Assembly: GCF_006345805.1 (NCBI RefSeq)
Contig: NC_043006.1
Location: 62,558,001 to 62,622,000, forward strand
Origin: Octopus sinensis
Taxonomy: Eukaryota
Direction of reading: 5' to 3'
DNA length: 64,000 nucleotides
Made by a program: the position numbers and the translations under genes. The first letter of the stretch is position 1, and the number at the start of each line of letters is the position of its first letter. The notes below the pieces were generated by a model. It was not told where the DNA came from. It did not search any database and saw only the letters and a program-made list of their open reading frames with translations. Positions 1 to 14,276 of the stretch are shown one piece after another.

Positions 1-2009
1 TAATTATCAGGTTTACTGAAGTGTATTACTGATAAGGTTTATCGGTTAATTTGAATCTGGCAATAAACTGGGAAAATTCGGTACTTCTATTTTAAAAGTT
101 TTGACTCAAAAATATATTTTTCTCATAGAAATACTATATTTCAGGTGGCTGACATAAATTGCACGGCCTACCTGAAAATTCATGAGATTCTACTTCGCTT
201 TTTAACTAAATTTTGCGATGAGTTGAGAGTATGGCTGTGTGGGAGATATCTTATGGTAGTGGAATAGTATTTAACTGCTATTTCTAAATTTCGGTATGTG
301 GTGAAGCAATTTTTGCTGAACCCTAATTATAATTATGCTTATAATTATAGAAGTTATATATACGTATAAAATATGTACAGAGCGAGAGGGAGAGAGATAG
401 AAATATGCATATATTGGATTTACATCATTAGGGCATATGGATAACCAGAATTCCGAAAAAGGACATAGCACAGTGGTCATTAGTTCAGAGATTATTGAGA
501 GAAATACCAACCTACTTTTTGTCACTGCCACGGAGCAATTACCTCATTATTACGATGTATATATATCAAATGTTTGATGAGAGAAAGCTAAAGAGGAAAC
601 ACCGAAAGATGTAGAAATCGGGAAAGTCGAATTTGGTAAATGTATGCATATCACTTAATTTAGAAAGAGATTTACTGTTTCGTTTGCAGTAGTTAACGAG
701 TGTTTATTTGGTGGAAGCAATGAAGAAGTGAATCAAATGTGAAATAAAGAGGTGCGGAATGTAAGCATGAAGTGATTGGAAAGAAGGAATTTTATGACCT
801 GTGTGTGAATTTAGGGGAGCAAATCAATAAATGATTGATTTGCTATTTTCAGCAATTGCTTCTGTATATTTGAAGTATCCTTTGTTTAGATATTTTATAT
901 ATCTAATTGAATTCGTACGTAGCCCAGAGTCATGATGCGGTAAAGTTTGTTTTCCGAAATTAAATATATCACAAACGATCGATGTTATGCAATTATATAG
1001 AAATGATTGTTGATTACATAAGAAACCACAAAGTGTACGATAGCGATTTCATGTCGATTTGTTGTAGCTACGAAAGTACGTCTAATGAATTCATAAACCT
1101 GAGTGTAGAAAATGGGGTCCTGTCATATCATGTAGTGTCTTTTTTACTTTAAATTGTTTCCACCGAGTTTTAAAATCAGAAAAATCACTCGACATCCGAA
1201 ACTACGAAATTCAGAGGGAAAGGAGCACCATACATAGAGTGACGTACGATGGAGCCATCGTCTAGTAAGTTCCTCGTTAAATTTTGATTCTACCTTTAAG
1301 CAGATATCAAAACATTTGTTATTTAAGCAGTTCAATGCGGCATTATACCACATATTCTCGTTAGATATATCACTTACTTGGACCTAAATAGTAAATCTGT
1401 ATGTAGTGTCGCGTTTCTTTTCATTGGTGAACCTAATTTAACTCAAGTCTAAAACATAGATTATAAATAATATAGCATAGCATTATATGGGCAAAATGTA
1501 AACTTCTTAAGACACGTGCTCTTAAAAGATGTCCGTTACGTTACGAGTACAATTTGTCTTACATGAAACTAGCAGCACACTTGGGAACTTCAGGATCTCC
1601 ACGGTATTTCTGTTCCCCATATCGTTCGGATATCTACTACATAAAGAATACAGCCTCTATCTATAATTCATGGTTATATGTAGTAATGTGCTTTATTCCG
1701 GTTGAACATATTTTGTAAACTAGTGAGCATTGCTAATTGCATTATCATACATTTGCATAACGATTGTAGGTGATGCAAATATAGAAACTCTGTAACAGGA
1801 GTGTGTTCAAAATAGAAATGTATATAGATGAATCTGAGTTCTCGTAATAATCGAACATCTTATATGCGAAAGTGTATCTGTGAGTGTGTATATATGTCTT
1901 TATGAGTGTCTTCTTTCGTGTGCATGTGTGTATGTGTGTATGTGTGTGCGTGTGTGACTTTCATAAAGTGAAAAATTCAAAAACAATAACTAATAAAACA
2001 CTTACTTTA

Positions 2010-2486
2010 CGCAAAAGGCAATCACATAACCTAAGGAAACTATTAACAAAGGCAAACTTCAACATGAACAATCAGGATAAAACATACACTGTAACCAAAT
2101 GCAATGATAACACATGTGGAACGAGTTAATACATGTATACCGGTAGATCCATTGGAAGAAAAAATGGATAGAATTTCGCAAATGCAGATCTGAAATGCAA
2201 AAGCAGACATTTGATCAACTGCATGAAACTCTATACAGGCGAGACAGGGAATGCATTATCGGAACGCGTACGAGTCCACAGAGAAGAAATTTGGAATACC
2301 AATGTTCGCCAAATTCCATAGAGCGAACATTTTGAAACATGTTGTCACAAAATGTTTCTAATTTATATTTTCCACAAACTAAATGACACAGGTGATGTTG
2401 GTAGAAATATAAAAGAGAAACGGTTTATTAAAATGTTCAGACCTGTTCTAAATGGAAATATCTATAATAACATAAGAACCAGTTAA
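2010..2486 (+). mobile_element. Penelope-like element (PLE) GIY-YIG endonuclease remnant (pseudogenised)
   Basis: One frame with 3 internal stops reads RKRQSHNLRKLLTKANF..VTKCNDNTCGTS*..LKCKSRHLINCMKLYTGETGNALSERVRVHREEI..RQIP*SEHFETC..IFHKLND..RNIKEKRFIKMFRPVLN. This matches the PLE linker (RQxxNL, Cx(2-5)CxxC) followed by the GIY-YIG signature (YxGETG..L..R..H..E..FI...P.LN). Confidence 0.88.
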
Positions 2487-2758
2487 TGATGTAGATTAAA
2501 AATATTTCTAACATATCAATATAAACAGATTATTGAATATCGATATGCCTAGAAAACTGTGAAATTTAAGCCACATGCGGATTGGTCAAAACCGTATTCT
2601 AAAAATTCAGCTTGTTGGAGCGTTCTGAGAGGTACTGCATTTCTCAAGAATTTAACTATCAGTTAAACACTTTTGAAATCTGATGGTTATTCTATTTATG
2701 AAAGCGCTAATGTAACTTTCTGAGCATTACAAAATAATTTAATGTTAAAATACCATAA

Positions 2759-2815
<57 letters not shown>

Positions 2816-2998
2816 CAGAGGTTTTATATCCAGAGGATCCACAAAAAGGCAGGTAAGGCTATATAGGTACTGCAGAAGGACAACTGTTAGACTCTCGGTT
2901 CGATAATTATATGAGTGAGAAGTCTAGCGCGAGTCGTGTGTGAGCGTGTATATGTTGAAAGAAATGAGATACAAAGCCAAGTTAGTGTGAAATTTTTA

Positions 2999-3056
2999 GT
3001 ACAATTATAAATGTAGTCTTACAGCTGTACAATTATAAATGTAGTCTTACAGCTGT
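2999..3056. repeat. Perfect 28-bp tandem duplication
   Basis: ACAATTATAAATGTAGTCTTACAGCTGT occurs at 3001-3028 and 3029-3056. Confidence 0.95.
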
Positions 3057-3364
3057 CTTAGAGATGATATGAGAGTTAAACAGAAGGAAATAGTAGAGTT
3101 CGACATAAGAGGTTATTTTGGAGGTTATTATAAAAATATATGTTGGATGATACAGTTGCAGTCCAAGAAATGTGTTGTGTAGAATGGGCTTCTAGTCCAT
3201 GGTATGTAAATTCCGAAAGGAGTTCATATTTTGTTATTATAAATGGATAGTGTGTAGATATTCATTCCATGCGCTGCTCATTCAAGGGGTAAATTGATAC
3301 AGAGAAGAAAATAGATAAGTATGTTAGAAGGGAGTAAAATGGTATTGATAAAAAGCATTAGGTT

Positions 3365-3833
3365 GGAAAGAAGCAGTTCTCAAGTAGTTTTATGTGGATC
3401 TTTCTCAATGACGGTCATTAATTGACCGTCATCAATGACAGATGGGCGTCCCTAACACTCACGATGTGTAAGGCTCATGTATTTATTTGCAAAGATTACA
3501 AACCATTTTCGAGCGGACCACTCACTGGTCAGTTCCTCATCAAATCTTCCGTTAATATCGCGAGCAATTTCAGCTGCTTTACGTTTTATTTTTTTTTTTT
3601 TGAAGTTGAATCGCAAAATTGTTCGAATATCGCGCATTGACAGTTCCATTTCAGATGACTGTAACGGCGGTGAATAAAAACATTAAAGTTAATTTGTTGA
3701 TAAATTTGGGCAGGGCTATGTCTATAATATCAGACAATTGCAAAAACATGTTTTAAAAGGATTCAAAACACTGCAAAACTCCGGTATATATTCCACATGG
3801 TTCAAAGAGTTACTTACGTTTTACTCACCCTGA
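3365..3833 (-). mobile_element. mariner transposon 5' fragment (TIR plus N-terminal HTH)
   Basis: Minus strand reads MELSMRDIRTILRFNF..AAEIARDINGRFDEELTSEWSARKWF, then GRPSVIDDGQLMTVIEKDPHKTT*EL, typical of a mariner N-terminus. A TIR-like end (TCAGGGTGAGTAAAACGTAAGTAAC) follows a TA at 3834-3835. Confidence 0.82.
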
Positions 3834-4275
3834 TACATATGTGCATATACATATATAATCCTAAACCTATATATACATGCATGCATCCAGTCTATCCCTG
3901 GAAATCTAAAAATCTGTATAACTTTCCAGAAGTTTATCATTTAAGTATATATGAGTATCTCTAAATATACAGCTACATGCATGAGAATACATACATAAAA
4001 CATACAAATCTGCATGAGACTACACACATAAGGCATACAAATCTGCATGCGAATACATACATAAAAGATACATAAAACAAATCTGCACATACATACATGC
4101 ATACATACATACATACAAAGAAAAATACCCTGTTGTTGATGTTGAAATTTCAATGAAGGAGCTATGGATCTAGGTTAGATATAGGTTCATTATCTGTTGG
4201 CGAGAAATCTTGAAATAAACTGAATAATGACATACAAAGTTGAAAACACGCACACAAGTGTGTGTATGTGTGTTC

Positions 4276-4314
<39 letters not shown>

Positions 4315-5095
4315 CGTGTGTATTTATATCGTATATAATATGAATTTGTACGTATTTGGCTACTTTTTCTCTTGCGCAGATTTCATCAAATATTTATTTG
4401 CAGTGTAAATATGTCTATGCCAGTAATCAATATTTCAATAATGTGCACAACTGACATTCTGCGTAGTTGAACTGCATTGCAGAATTCATTTCAATCTAAA
4501 CATTCATGCTATGAATTTACAAATGCTTTCTTGTTCGTTACCCTACATTCAAGATGCTGCGACCTTAGTCCTACTTCTAAAGCTTTCAAGTAATTATATG
4601 AAGACGACAGCGAAATTTAATTTCATCGAAGTAAACCTCGTGACAGTGCTGAAAGCAGTGTCAAAAAGATTATAATGACATATAAAGAAAAATTGAATTG
4701 AAATCATAGTTACATATATTTAGTGTGTTAGAATCCATGTGAGATATGTGCGTGTATGTTTGTGAGAGTTGACTACACCATCACTTGTCCCAGTAACTAT
4801 TTCTGCAGAGAAGACAGTCTAAATGTGGATACAATGTAACAACGGAATTTTCGTTTCAGGAATGGAGCCCTAGTCATTCTAATTGTAATCTCAGACACTC
4901 AGACAAAACCAAGCCAGCGCCTCAAGGTTGAAATATATATAACAAAATGTGATTGATGTGTATAATGAGGAACAGAGCGCTATTAATTGTTTTTGAAGCC
5001 ATTAGATGATATAATACCAAAGGTAACCTATAGAAAATAAAGGAAAATAAGGAAAAAAATAATGCTTGTATATTTTATGTAAACAAGAGAAAAAT

Positions 5096-5132
<37 letters not shown>

Positions 5133-5139
<7 letters not shown>

Positions 5140-5388
5140 TAAGAGTTTCCTTTTTTGTACTCATAAACAATATGTGCCTCAAATGCTCTTTGGATACTTC
5201 CATGTTAGAAAGGGTTTTAATCAGAGATATTTTAATTCTATTATTCTGTAAAATAATATTTAAATAGTTTAAATGTACACAAATGCATAAAAAATATTTT
5301 TTTAATTCCATTAGAGATTCTAAAATACTATTGAATTCTAATCAATTGTAAAAAAGGTGATATCGACAGAACTTATGAGATGACCTAA
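5133..5388 (-). mobile_element. Second mariner 5' fragment
   Basis: Minus strand reads MEVSKEHLRHI, then after a frameshift YEYKKGNS. A TIR-like end (TTAGGTCATCTCATAAGTTCTGTCG) follows a TA at 5389-5390. Truncated by a (TA)n tract. Confidence 0.75.
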
Positions 5389-5929
5389 TACATATGCAAA
5401 CATATATTATACTAGTAGTATAAATGAAATAACAAAAATAAACAAGAGTTTATCAGTAATCAAATTTCAATTCAGCAGAAACTGGAGAAATCTTGACCGA
5501 CAACAATTGATTACCATCGATTATTATCTATGATTTTTTAATACAAAATTTTATCCCATTGGTGGGTTAATCTTTCTTTAGGGGTAACCCATCAATTAAT
5601 TTCCAGTTTAGTCATTTAATCAACTGCCTGAAGCGTTACAATGCAAAATCGTATGAATCTCATATACTAAGCCTTCATTCCTCCTCTCTTTTCTTTCATG
5701 TATTTTTCTTCACTCTGATTAATCTCCATGTTACAGATCAAATGTATTATAAAATATGAGGGAATGTTATTCTCAGAATTCTCTTTCGCATCAGATTCGA
5801 AGGAGAAATTTCTGTTATATGGAATAAAATTTTGTATTAAAAATAATAAATAATAATTGATTGTAGTCAATTGTTGTTAATCAAGATTTCTCCGTAATAT
5901 ACATACATACATACATACATACATACATG

Positions 5930-5972
<43 letters not shown>

Positions 5973-6240
5973 ATATATATATATACACATACATATATCA
6001 TATATATATATATATATATATATATCCATATATATACACATACATATATTCATATATATATATATGTGTGTGTGTGTGTATATATATATTATATATACAT
6101 ATATATTTTTTAATAATATATTATTATTATTAATATAAGGAAATCAATACTAAAACTCGTAATATCGTAACACTACATGGGGGGGGCGATGGTGGATGAA
6201 TGTTACTAGGAGGATTGGGAACAAAATTTACTAACTTAAA

Positions 6241-6430
6241 GCAAGTAGAATCCTTAGCATCTCGAGCAAAATGCTTATTTCGTCCATCTTTGCATTCTGA
6301 ACTCTATTTCCACCGACGTTGACTTTGCCTTTCATCATTTCCGTGTAGATAAAGTAAGTACCAGTTTGGCATTGAGTTGATGCAGCAACCTACCACTCAC
6401 TTGATATTGCTGGCCTTGAACCACAATTTG
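6241..6430 (+). mobile_element. Degenerate tRNA-derived SINE, family A
   Basis: Contains a diverged core GACTTTGCCTTTCATC..GATAAAGTAAGTACCAGTT shared with the younger copies at 61.8-63.2 kb. Confidence 0.7.
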
Positions 6431-6469
6431 AAACCAATATTTACGGTCTTATAGTAATTATCGTCAACA

Positions 6470-7998
6470 TTAGCTTGTGATGTAAAGAATTTATCCAAAG
6501 TTGTTTGTTGTTTCTGACGCGTCATAACTTAGTACAGTTCTGTCGCGGAACTGAGCTTATTGTGAATTCCTCTTGTGACTTTTTAACAACAATTTTTTTG
6601 TGCTAAATTTACGTAGTATAGCTACAGCATGTGTTGTCTTATTTCTATTCTGATCTTGTTCTTTTTCTAACATCATCAGCTCCTCGTTAGATAAACATTC
6701 TCACTAAGACTCTAGTATCTCAGTTTTATCATCTTTTATGGTTTCTTCACATCCTTTATCCTTTATAATTGTCACAATATCTTTTCAAATTTGATGTTGA
6801 TGTTCTATTTCAGAAAGAAATGGGGTATAGACACGGGTGTACATTTCCAAGTACTATTCCAGTTGATACACCTATATTATTCATGACACAGCTATATTAT
6901 CCACAGCATCCATTACGTTGAATTTCTTCCAGGAATCTCTAAATGTAGGTTTATACTCCCTGTCAATTGCTTTCATATCTTGTTTCAAAGTCCTCATATA
7001 ATATACTTTGAAGTGAGCTATCATACCTTGGTATATTAACTGAATCAAAGCACCCTTGGGGATATATTCTACATTCATATTATTAGAAAGTTCACTAAGT
7101 ACCGCGATGCATTGTCTAAATGAAGCAATGTTTTTTGGACATAATATGTTTGGTACTTTACCTATCTAGAGCAGGAGAAAAGAGAACTTAGTAAACCACT
7201 TTTTGGAAAAGGTGTTAGTTATCCATGCCATCTTACTTAAACGCGAATCTACAGAGGTAGATTGAACGTTGTGTAACCCTTAAAACCCCTTAGATTTTCG
7301 GAGTGATACACGAGTAGGGGCTTTAATTTTATATCACTAGCGGCAATTCCTCCTTGGAGAAATGTCAGACCATTTTGGAAGTTTGGTATTTTGATTTTTC
7401 TTCTCGAGCACTAAAATTCCCAGAGGTGAACGCTTCCAGAATTGTGCAGTTTTATCAACATTGTGTACTTGCTCTGGTGTGTAGCCCCCTCCAGTAATAA
7501 TTGTCTTCAGCTGCTGGGGATAATTAATTGCAGCCTGTGTATCAGCGTTTACAGGTTCACCAGTCAATTTTAAGTTGGCACAAATTCGTGCGCTTCTAGA
7601 AATTTTCAAACCAGCCTTTACAAGCCAGTAATGATTAGCAGCTTCACATTATTTTTTACTACAAATTGCCATATATACATTTAGATTTTTTAAAAAATTG
7701 TCAGCCTGTTTATCGGCACATTACGCCGATTTGGATCCTTGATTCATACACTCAAGAGGCATTCCATTTAAAACATTACATTAGATCTATGGGAAAATAG
7801 CTTCTTGAGCACTTGATATAATTTTCTCGCTCTTGTCATCAATTGTTTCCAAAGCAGATTTTGCAAGATTTAATGTTTTGCCAATACAACTTAATTTCTC
7901 TTCCGCATCAATTCTTTTTAAAACATCATGCTTAATATCCATGTAATCCCTTTAAGGTTCCTTTTCACACTACGTGATAGCTTCTTTTCAGAAAACAT
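6470..7998 (-). pseudogene. Tigger/pogo-like DDE transposase pseudogene (CENP-B HTH plus DDE_1)
   Basis: Frameshifted minus-strand translation: ITMDIKHDV..LNLAKSALETI (HTH_psq-like); NLKLTGEPVNADTQAAINYPQQLKTIITGGGYTPEQVHNVDKTAQFWKR; LIQLIYQGMIAHFKVYY..WKKFNVMDAVDNIAVS; C-terminal KQQTTLDKFF. All are Tigger hallmarks. TIRs not found. Confidence 0.9.
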
Positions 7999-10019
7999 AA
8001 ATTGAAGCTAACTCTCACAGCAGAGACGATTAATTATCCACAACAAATATGTTGTAAAGCCATTGACTTAAGAAACTTGTTTTCTAAGAACAGAAAATAT
8101 TCTTATTCCTATGGATGTAATATTGAAAAAACGATAAAAGGTAATAAATGGGGAAGAGAAAATACTCTACGATTATAGCTAACTGAAAGGCCACCAAATT
8201 TTATAGGCAACTCGCCCCTTGCACTTGTAACATACTTGCTTGTTTAAATCTGACGTCTCGATAAGAAACGTTGTAGCAAAAATCGGTGCTGGCTATAGTT
8301 TCTATAGAATATGTACAGAAACAACGTTGAAAATAATTTTGATATCTGTTTTAGCGAGTTAGATTGAAAAGTCGGTGTGTTGATACTGGTGATGATGTGG
8401 GTTGCATTGGCTTAGCTTTTAGTGGTGGTACGTGAGATCGTTGTGGTTGTTTAGTCTCACGTTAATCTTTACAGACCTGAGATCAAAGATATTTCATCCA
8501 AATTTTCAAATGCTCTGGGATGAACATTATAAATCTTTATTTGAAATGGATTTACTTATATTCTTCACTCTATATGACACTGTTGAGTTGGTTGGCTGTG
8601 TTATAGGCTCGATACCTCAGACCTTTTCCATTTTCCCAGAGAGCCAAGCTAATAACCTGTTTGTTTTCCTTCACATGTCTATCATATGATTTTTGTTTTT
8701 GTTTTTGAGTACATATCAGTGTTCTTATGAAGCATATCTTATATAATAGTAAAACATTTGTGGAGATACATTTCCAGACGTGCATTGCAATTATTAATTA
8801 TTTTACGCAGCTATAAAAATATTTCTTACCTTCTTAAAACGTCCATAGCTTCTTTATCTTCACTGCCCAACATAAACAACATCGTCGACATTATCTTGAT
8901 TAACGTTTTCATTATCAACATGAAATTAGAGTACACGATTAAAAAGAAAGAAGCCAATTCCAAGACGAATTGGAAACATTCATTGAGTTGCATAATTAAT
9001 TGCTATTTGTATTGGAGTTAGTGTAAGTTAAACCGACAATAATTTGTTTTTAATGCCTTCCAACATTCATATTGACAAGAACTAGAATTAATCCGGTTAC
9101 CGCCAAAAAGTTGTTTGAATTGTTTTGTTGTAGAACTGTCATCAGTGAATTACTGAATGGGTGAAGAAAAGTATGGTCTTCCGTAATTTCTGGGTAAAGA
9201 GAACATGTTTGATATTTTAATTTCATCAATATAATTGCCATGAAGAACTGCCAAATGTATCTCTGCAAAATCTCTTTATAAAGTAATAATTATTAAGAAG
9301 GTTATCAGGAAAGGAATTGAAGCTATATGTGTGTGTAGATGAGAGAATGTGTGTGTATGTTTTTTGCATGTGTGAGAGTGTGCATATTTACAAATGCTTT
9401 AGTTTCTGACCAGTAACTCTTTCGAAAGTTAACACTCTTCTATTGTCCTCGGCGGAAACGGGTGTTCAATTTGCACGTGTGCTGCAAAAAAGAGACCGGA
9501 ATAATTTAGGGAAATGAGAATATAAAGTGTGTATTCATGATGTCAGTGCGTTCTCATGTGAGCTCTTTTGCATGTATGTGCTTGTATTTGTGTGTATGCA
9601 TGTGTCTATATATGGACACATGCAGTAATATGAACGCCGTAATTTGTTATTTATTTTCCTGTCTGTAATATTTGACAGAAAATGTAACTGGAAAAGGAAC
9701 TTCCGCACAACATTTGAAAACAAAATGTTTCTGCATTGCCTCGGTAGCCAACTATTAATTTTTTTTTCTCCATCATTCATATTTGCTGCATTGGTTTTAG
9801 TTCCTTTTCGTTTTGTATTTTAATTATTATGTTTTTTTTCACTTTAATATTTGGAAGACAAATCTAGAGACCAAATGATTACAGAAACAAAAATTCAACA
9901 ACAGATCAGAGTAAATACATATGAATATATTAAATACAATAGAACGAGTAAAGTGTATTCAAAGAGACAAACGGCTATATAAAATCTGGCAAGAGAAAAT
10001 AATCTATGATTATTGCATA

Positions 10020-10420
10020 TTGAAACCAAAGGAGACTCCACAGACACCGATGGCCGTCTACATAGACAGACTTAGAGACATGCAATCATAAACATTACAA
10101 CATCTGTACTCTTCCACTACATCTTCCAGCCTTATATTCATATTTGCAATGCCAGATACGTATCTGAATATGTGTACGCAGGACTGTATAAGGTTTTAAA
10201 AAGACAATCTTGTAGTTACCCATGCCCTCCTGTTTCCTCCATCCACGCCACCATTGTATTACATCAGCTTAGTTCACTACAAATCCCGTTGTTTCGGCAT
10301 TTAAACTCCATCCTACATACGTACGTACATTACAAATACGTACAAACATCCTCCTTGTTGAAGGAACATGCAAATTTGAACAGAACCCGAACCTTCTCAA
10401 GAGATCAGCTGGTGGATTTC
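10020..10420 (+). mobile_element. Possible very degenerate Penelope RT-thumb/linker remnant
   Basis: Weak motif series IETK..TDTDGRLH / ..IC / LKRQ..YP / IVLH / RDQLV resembles the PLE order TDxxxYLH..RIC..RGYP..PLVxTYHP..NLRDxLV. Confidence 0.3.
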
Positions 10421-10554
10421 TCTTCTAGGGGTTTAAAATAATTAAAAATATATAGTAATCTGTCTGCATTATTTTAAGATGAACATATCATTGAAAAGAA
10501 TATATATAATAATGATAATTGTTAAGGGCAGTAAATCAGGGCATTATTGTATAG

Positions 10555-10650
10555 AATGCCTTAAGGTATTTGTTCCGAATTTCTGAGCTCTGAATTAAGA
10601 TCACATCGAAGTGAACTTTGCTTTTCATCCTTTCGAGTCAATAAAATAAT
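10555..10650 (+). mobile_element. Degenerate SINE family A fragment
   Basis: GAACTTTGCTTTTCATCCTTTCGAGTCAATAAAATAA resembles the family A core. Confidence 0.6.
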
Positions 10651-11621
10651 GGCGGTAAATTAGTGAAACCATAACACTTTCATTATTGGCGCTCTGACAG
10701 CGAGACGTGATTACAGTTGGTCCGAGCTGTATGTCCGCCAGACGGTGGCATTTTCTTTTGATGAAGATTGATGATGAGGCAAGACCGGAAAATTTAGATT
10801 AAGGTATGTCTCTACATCTGTAGAGGATGGCATCTGTGAGCGAGTGTGTAGTACGAATATTATATTTTAAATATTTATAATATCAACATGTTTGTAGCTG
10901 CTACTATATTTTTAAGTCACACACGCTCGTCCGTATACATGTACGTAAATACCATGAAACATTGTCAATGTTCCATAGAGTCTGGTGGTTAAACACACAC
11001 GTTACTAACCACAAAAGACGTTACACAGCATTTTATAGCACCCTCCACTCAGGTCTGATTCAAAAGCCCTTCCCTCGGTAATTTATAGGCAAAATCATAG
11101 AACAATAGCATAAGTTAACCTTCTTCATAATAAGCTATTACACACCTAAAACATTGCATTATCAAATAATTAATCAGCTCAACCTACTTTCTTCCATGAA
11201 GTCAAAACAAAGAAAAATAAACCATATCTTCGCAAAGTAATCTTAGCACACAACTACTATTAAACTCATAATAAGTGGGGAAACGGGACAATAAATGTGA
11301 ACGCAAAACACGAAAAAAAGGACATATGTCTCCACAAATATCTTCAACTTCAGAAACAAAATATATACTCAAAGTATTTAATCATTATCATAGTTTGGAT
11401 AATCCATGCTTTCTACTACAGGTACGTAAGGTTTTCCTTCACGACTCAGATATAACGCAAAGAGACATTTCCATTTTAATCGGCTTTATAAAGTAGCACG
11501 TTTAAAAGAATTAATACTGACTGGGTTGACTTGCTCGAATAAATCTCTTCAAATCGGTGACCCAGCATTGTCGCAACCCAATGATTGAAACAAGTAAAAG
11601 ATAAAAGTTAACAGATATTTG

Positions 11622-11835
11622 ATATGATAGATTGTTAGCTATTACAAACAATTTTATTTCTCTCCTTGCTTCTCTCGTTGTTTTTTTTATCTGTGCCTCT
11701 TTCTGTAGAAGAGCGTAGGCTCGAAACGTAAAATACTTTTTTCCTATTCCTGAGCGTTATACTAATACATCTTTTTGTTTTGTACACCACCTGTGTTTGT
11801 CTTTTATTTTTTTTCGTAAACTCTCCCTATATATG
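11622..11835 (+). mobile_element. ~200-bp repeat with hammerhead-like motif, copy 1
   Basis: Alignable end to end with 22149-22350 (+) and 58192-58380 (-). Motif TCTTT-CTGTAGAA-GAGC-GTAG-GCTC-GAAA-CG-TA-AAATA at 11698-11735. Ends CTCCC(TA)n. Confidence 0.85.
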
Positions 11836-11923
11836 TATATATATTTATGTATGTATGTATGTATGTATGTGAAGGTATGTATGTATACATACATATATAA
11901 ATATATATATATAAATATTATAT

Positions 11924-11979
<56 letters not shown>

Positions 11980-12656
11980 TCGTGTGTGAGAGTTTGAGTG
12001 TACTTATGCGTGCGTGCTTTCCAGTAAGCACATAGAGACATATTTACGATTATATGTAGACATAATGATAGAAATATCTATGAAAAACAGTAATGAACAA
12101 AAGCATAAGAAAAAATCTACATTTATTCAAACCGGGCTGACCTGCGAGTGAATTATCAGTATAAGTATGAGTAGAAGATTAGTAGAAAGAATAGAGTATT
12201 TCTACATAAAAAATATGTAAAATTACGAAAGTCACTCGAATTTTTTTATTGATTTTGCTGCAAGCACTTAGTATTTTCAACCATATATTTTTTTTTAATT
12301 TTACTCCTTAATTCTGTCGCAGTCACACTTTCGAACTCATTTTGTATCTTCCTGTATGAGATAACATTTCTTTTTTATCATTAATATTATTATTTTTACT
12401 TTCACTCTTATCATTGAACTGCCATCATATGTCTGATGTTTGTATAGATGCAAAACTTTAAATTTCGCATGTAAAGAACAGAATGTGAAAAATCGATAAA
12501 ATATCTTTGATGCTCTACTAAGGAAATAAAAGACAATCTGTTTAGTTCCATTTAATGCATGAGGTAGGTATAGTCTTTGGAACATTTAATGATGATAATC
12601 TCTCTCTAACTGTCTCTGCCAATTGTTATCTGTTTACACACATATATGCATACACG

Positions 12657-12688
<32 letters not shown>

Positions 12689-12720
12689 AATATATGTATA
12701 TACATATATACAAACATATG

Positions 12721-12770
<50 letters not shown>

Positions 12771-13663
12771 ATATATTATATACCGATGTTATATACATAT
12801 ATATCTATACATATATGTATGTAGGTCTGTAAGTATGTATTCGTTTCTCGTTGTTAATAGACTGCCTCTGTTGACATCAATTATTGCCGAATACACAGTG
12901 GGGTGGAAACTGCGAGATACGTTCTTAAATGACAGTCAAAATATCAATTAATCAATCAGGAATATGAGTCCAGAAACAGAGGCTCACGCGCACACAGATA
13001 CATATACTTATATAAATATATTTATTTAATCATTTATATAAACACAGACACAAATACAAACACACACACACACACACACTCAAACACACACATACACACA
13101 CACACACACACATACATACACGCACAAATATATTCTCACTTTCTTTTTTGTATGTGCGTGCCTATGTTTGTGAGACGGAGGCTGTTTTCGGAAACGTCTG
13201 GGAATTTTTTCTGTGTTTATTCTCTTATGAAATTTCAATAATAACAGTACAATGTAGCGTAAAACCTGATTTAGGAGTGTCTGATGTCAGCTTATATATA
13301 TATATATATATATATATATACTGATATTGATATTGATATTGATGTCTGCCATGATTCTCTATTTTTGTTCTCTATCTCCCTTTATATTATCATAACGGAC
13401 GCACAGTTTATTATAAGGAACTAATATTTCAACACAACATTACTCTCAATTCTCCTTGACCACGCATCCACTTAATGAGAGATAGTAGAATACATACCTT
13501 TCCTTAACACGCCCACCATGCGTGATTTTAAAGCTATATCATATTTATATGCAGCGATATTCTACAAGTTGTGAGGCTGTGCCTTAATCAATTTTAAGAG
13601 ATAGTACCACTTTTACATAATAATGGCCTGTTATATTTTCATGAAATGCAATAAGTTGTTAAT

Positions 13664-13811
13664 ACTAAAATCTTCCCAATATCAAAGAAGGAACCTGGAA
13701 ATAAAAAGTTGTTAATGCTAGGGACAGTACAAATGAGAGAACTCGCAATATTTTATGGACATTTTCAACTAAAATCTTCCCAATATCAAAGAAGGAACCT
13801 GGAAATAAAAA
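13664..13811. repeat. Perfect 44-bp direct repeat around a 60-bp spacer
   Basis: ACTAAAATCTTCCCAATATCAAAGAAGGAACCTGGAAATAAAAA at 13664-13707 and 13768-13811. Confidence 0.95.
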
Positions 13812-14075
13812 CGAGCGATTGAACTATATTGTACTGGATGCAATCTCACACTATAAAATCCCGCACTGAACGTTTTCAAAGATGGGACAACACAAATCCG
13901 CCCTCTCTCCCAAGACCTAAACATTATCATATTTTCTTGATTAATTTACTTTCACCATAAAAGTTCATAGAATTGTCATGAAGTATTCCCAAACTGCAAT
14001 TTCACTGTTGGTAAGGTAATCACAAGAGCTATTAACATGTTAACCGTTTCAAAGCTATAAAATAAAACATATTTT

Positions 14076-14276
14076 TTTCTGCTCTAGGCGCAAAGCCCGA
14101 AATTTTGGGGAAAAATTTGGCCTAGTCGATTAGATCGACCCTAGTACGCAACTGGTACTTAATTTATCGACCACGAAAGAAAGAAACGCAATGTCGACCT
14201 CAGCGGAATTTGAACTCTGACAGACGAAATGTCGCTATTTCACCCGGCATGCTATCGTCTCTACCAGCTCGCCACC
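14076..14276 (-). mobile_element. tRNA-derived SINE family A, near full length
   Basis: Reverse complement has a head GGTGGCGAGCTGGTAGAG (A-box-like), B box GTTCAAATTCC, the family core and the CCTAGAGCAGAAA tail variant. Confidence 0.85.

Noticed and set aside
3408-3432. 10-bp inverted repeat ATGACGGTCA-TTAAT-TGACCGTCAT
   Set aside because: Short and lies inside mariner coding remnant; no independent support.
8830-9262. Minus-strand exon candidate with acceptor TTTTGCAG, donor AAG|GTAAGA and an ankyrin-like IHLAVLHGN
   Set aside because: That frame has three stops before the donor, the other frames are also closed, and the rest is not ankyrin-like. Only RNA-seq could rescue a shorter exon.
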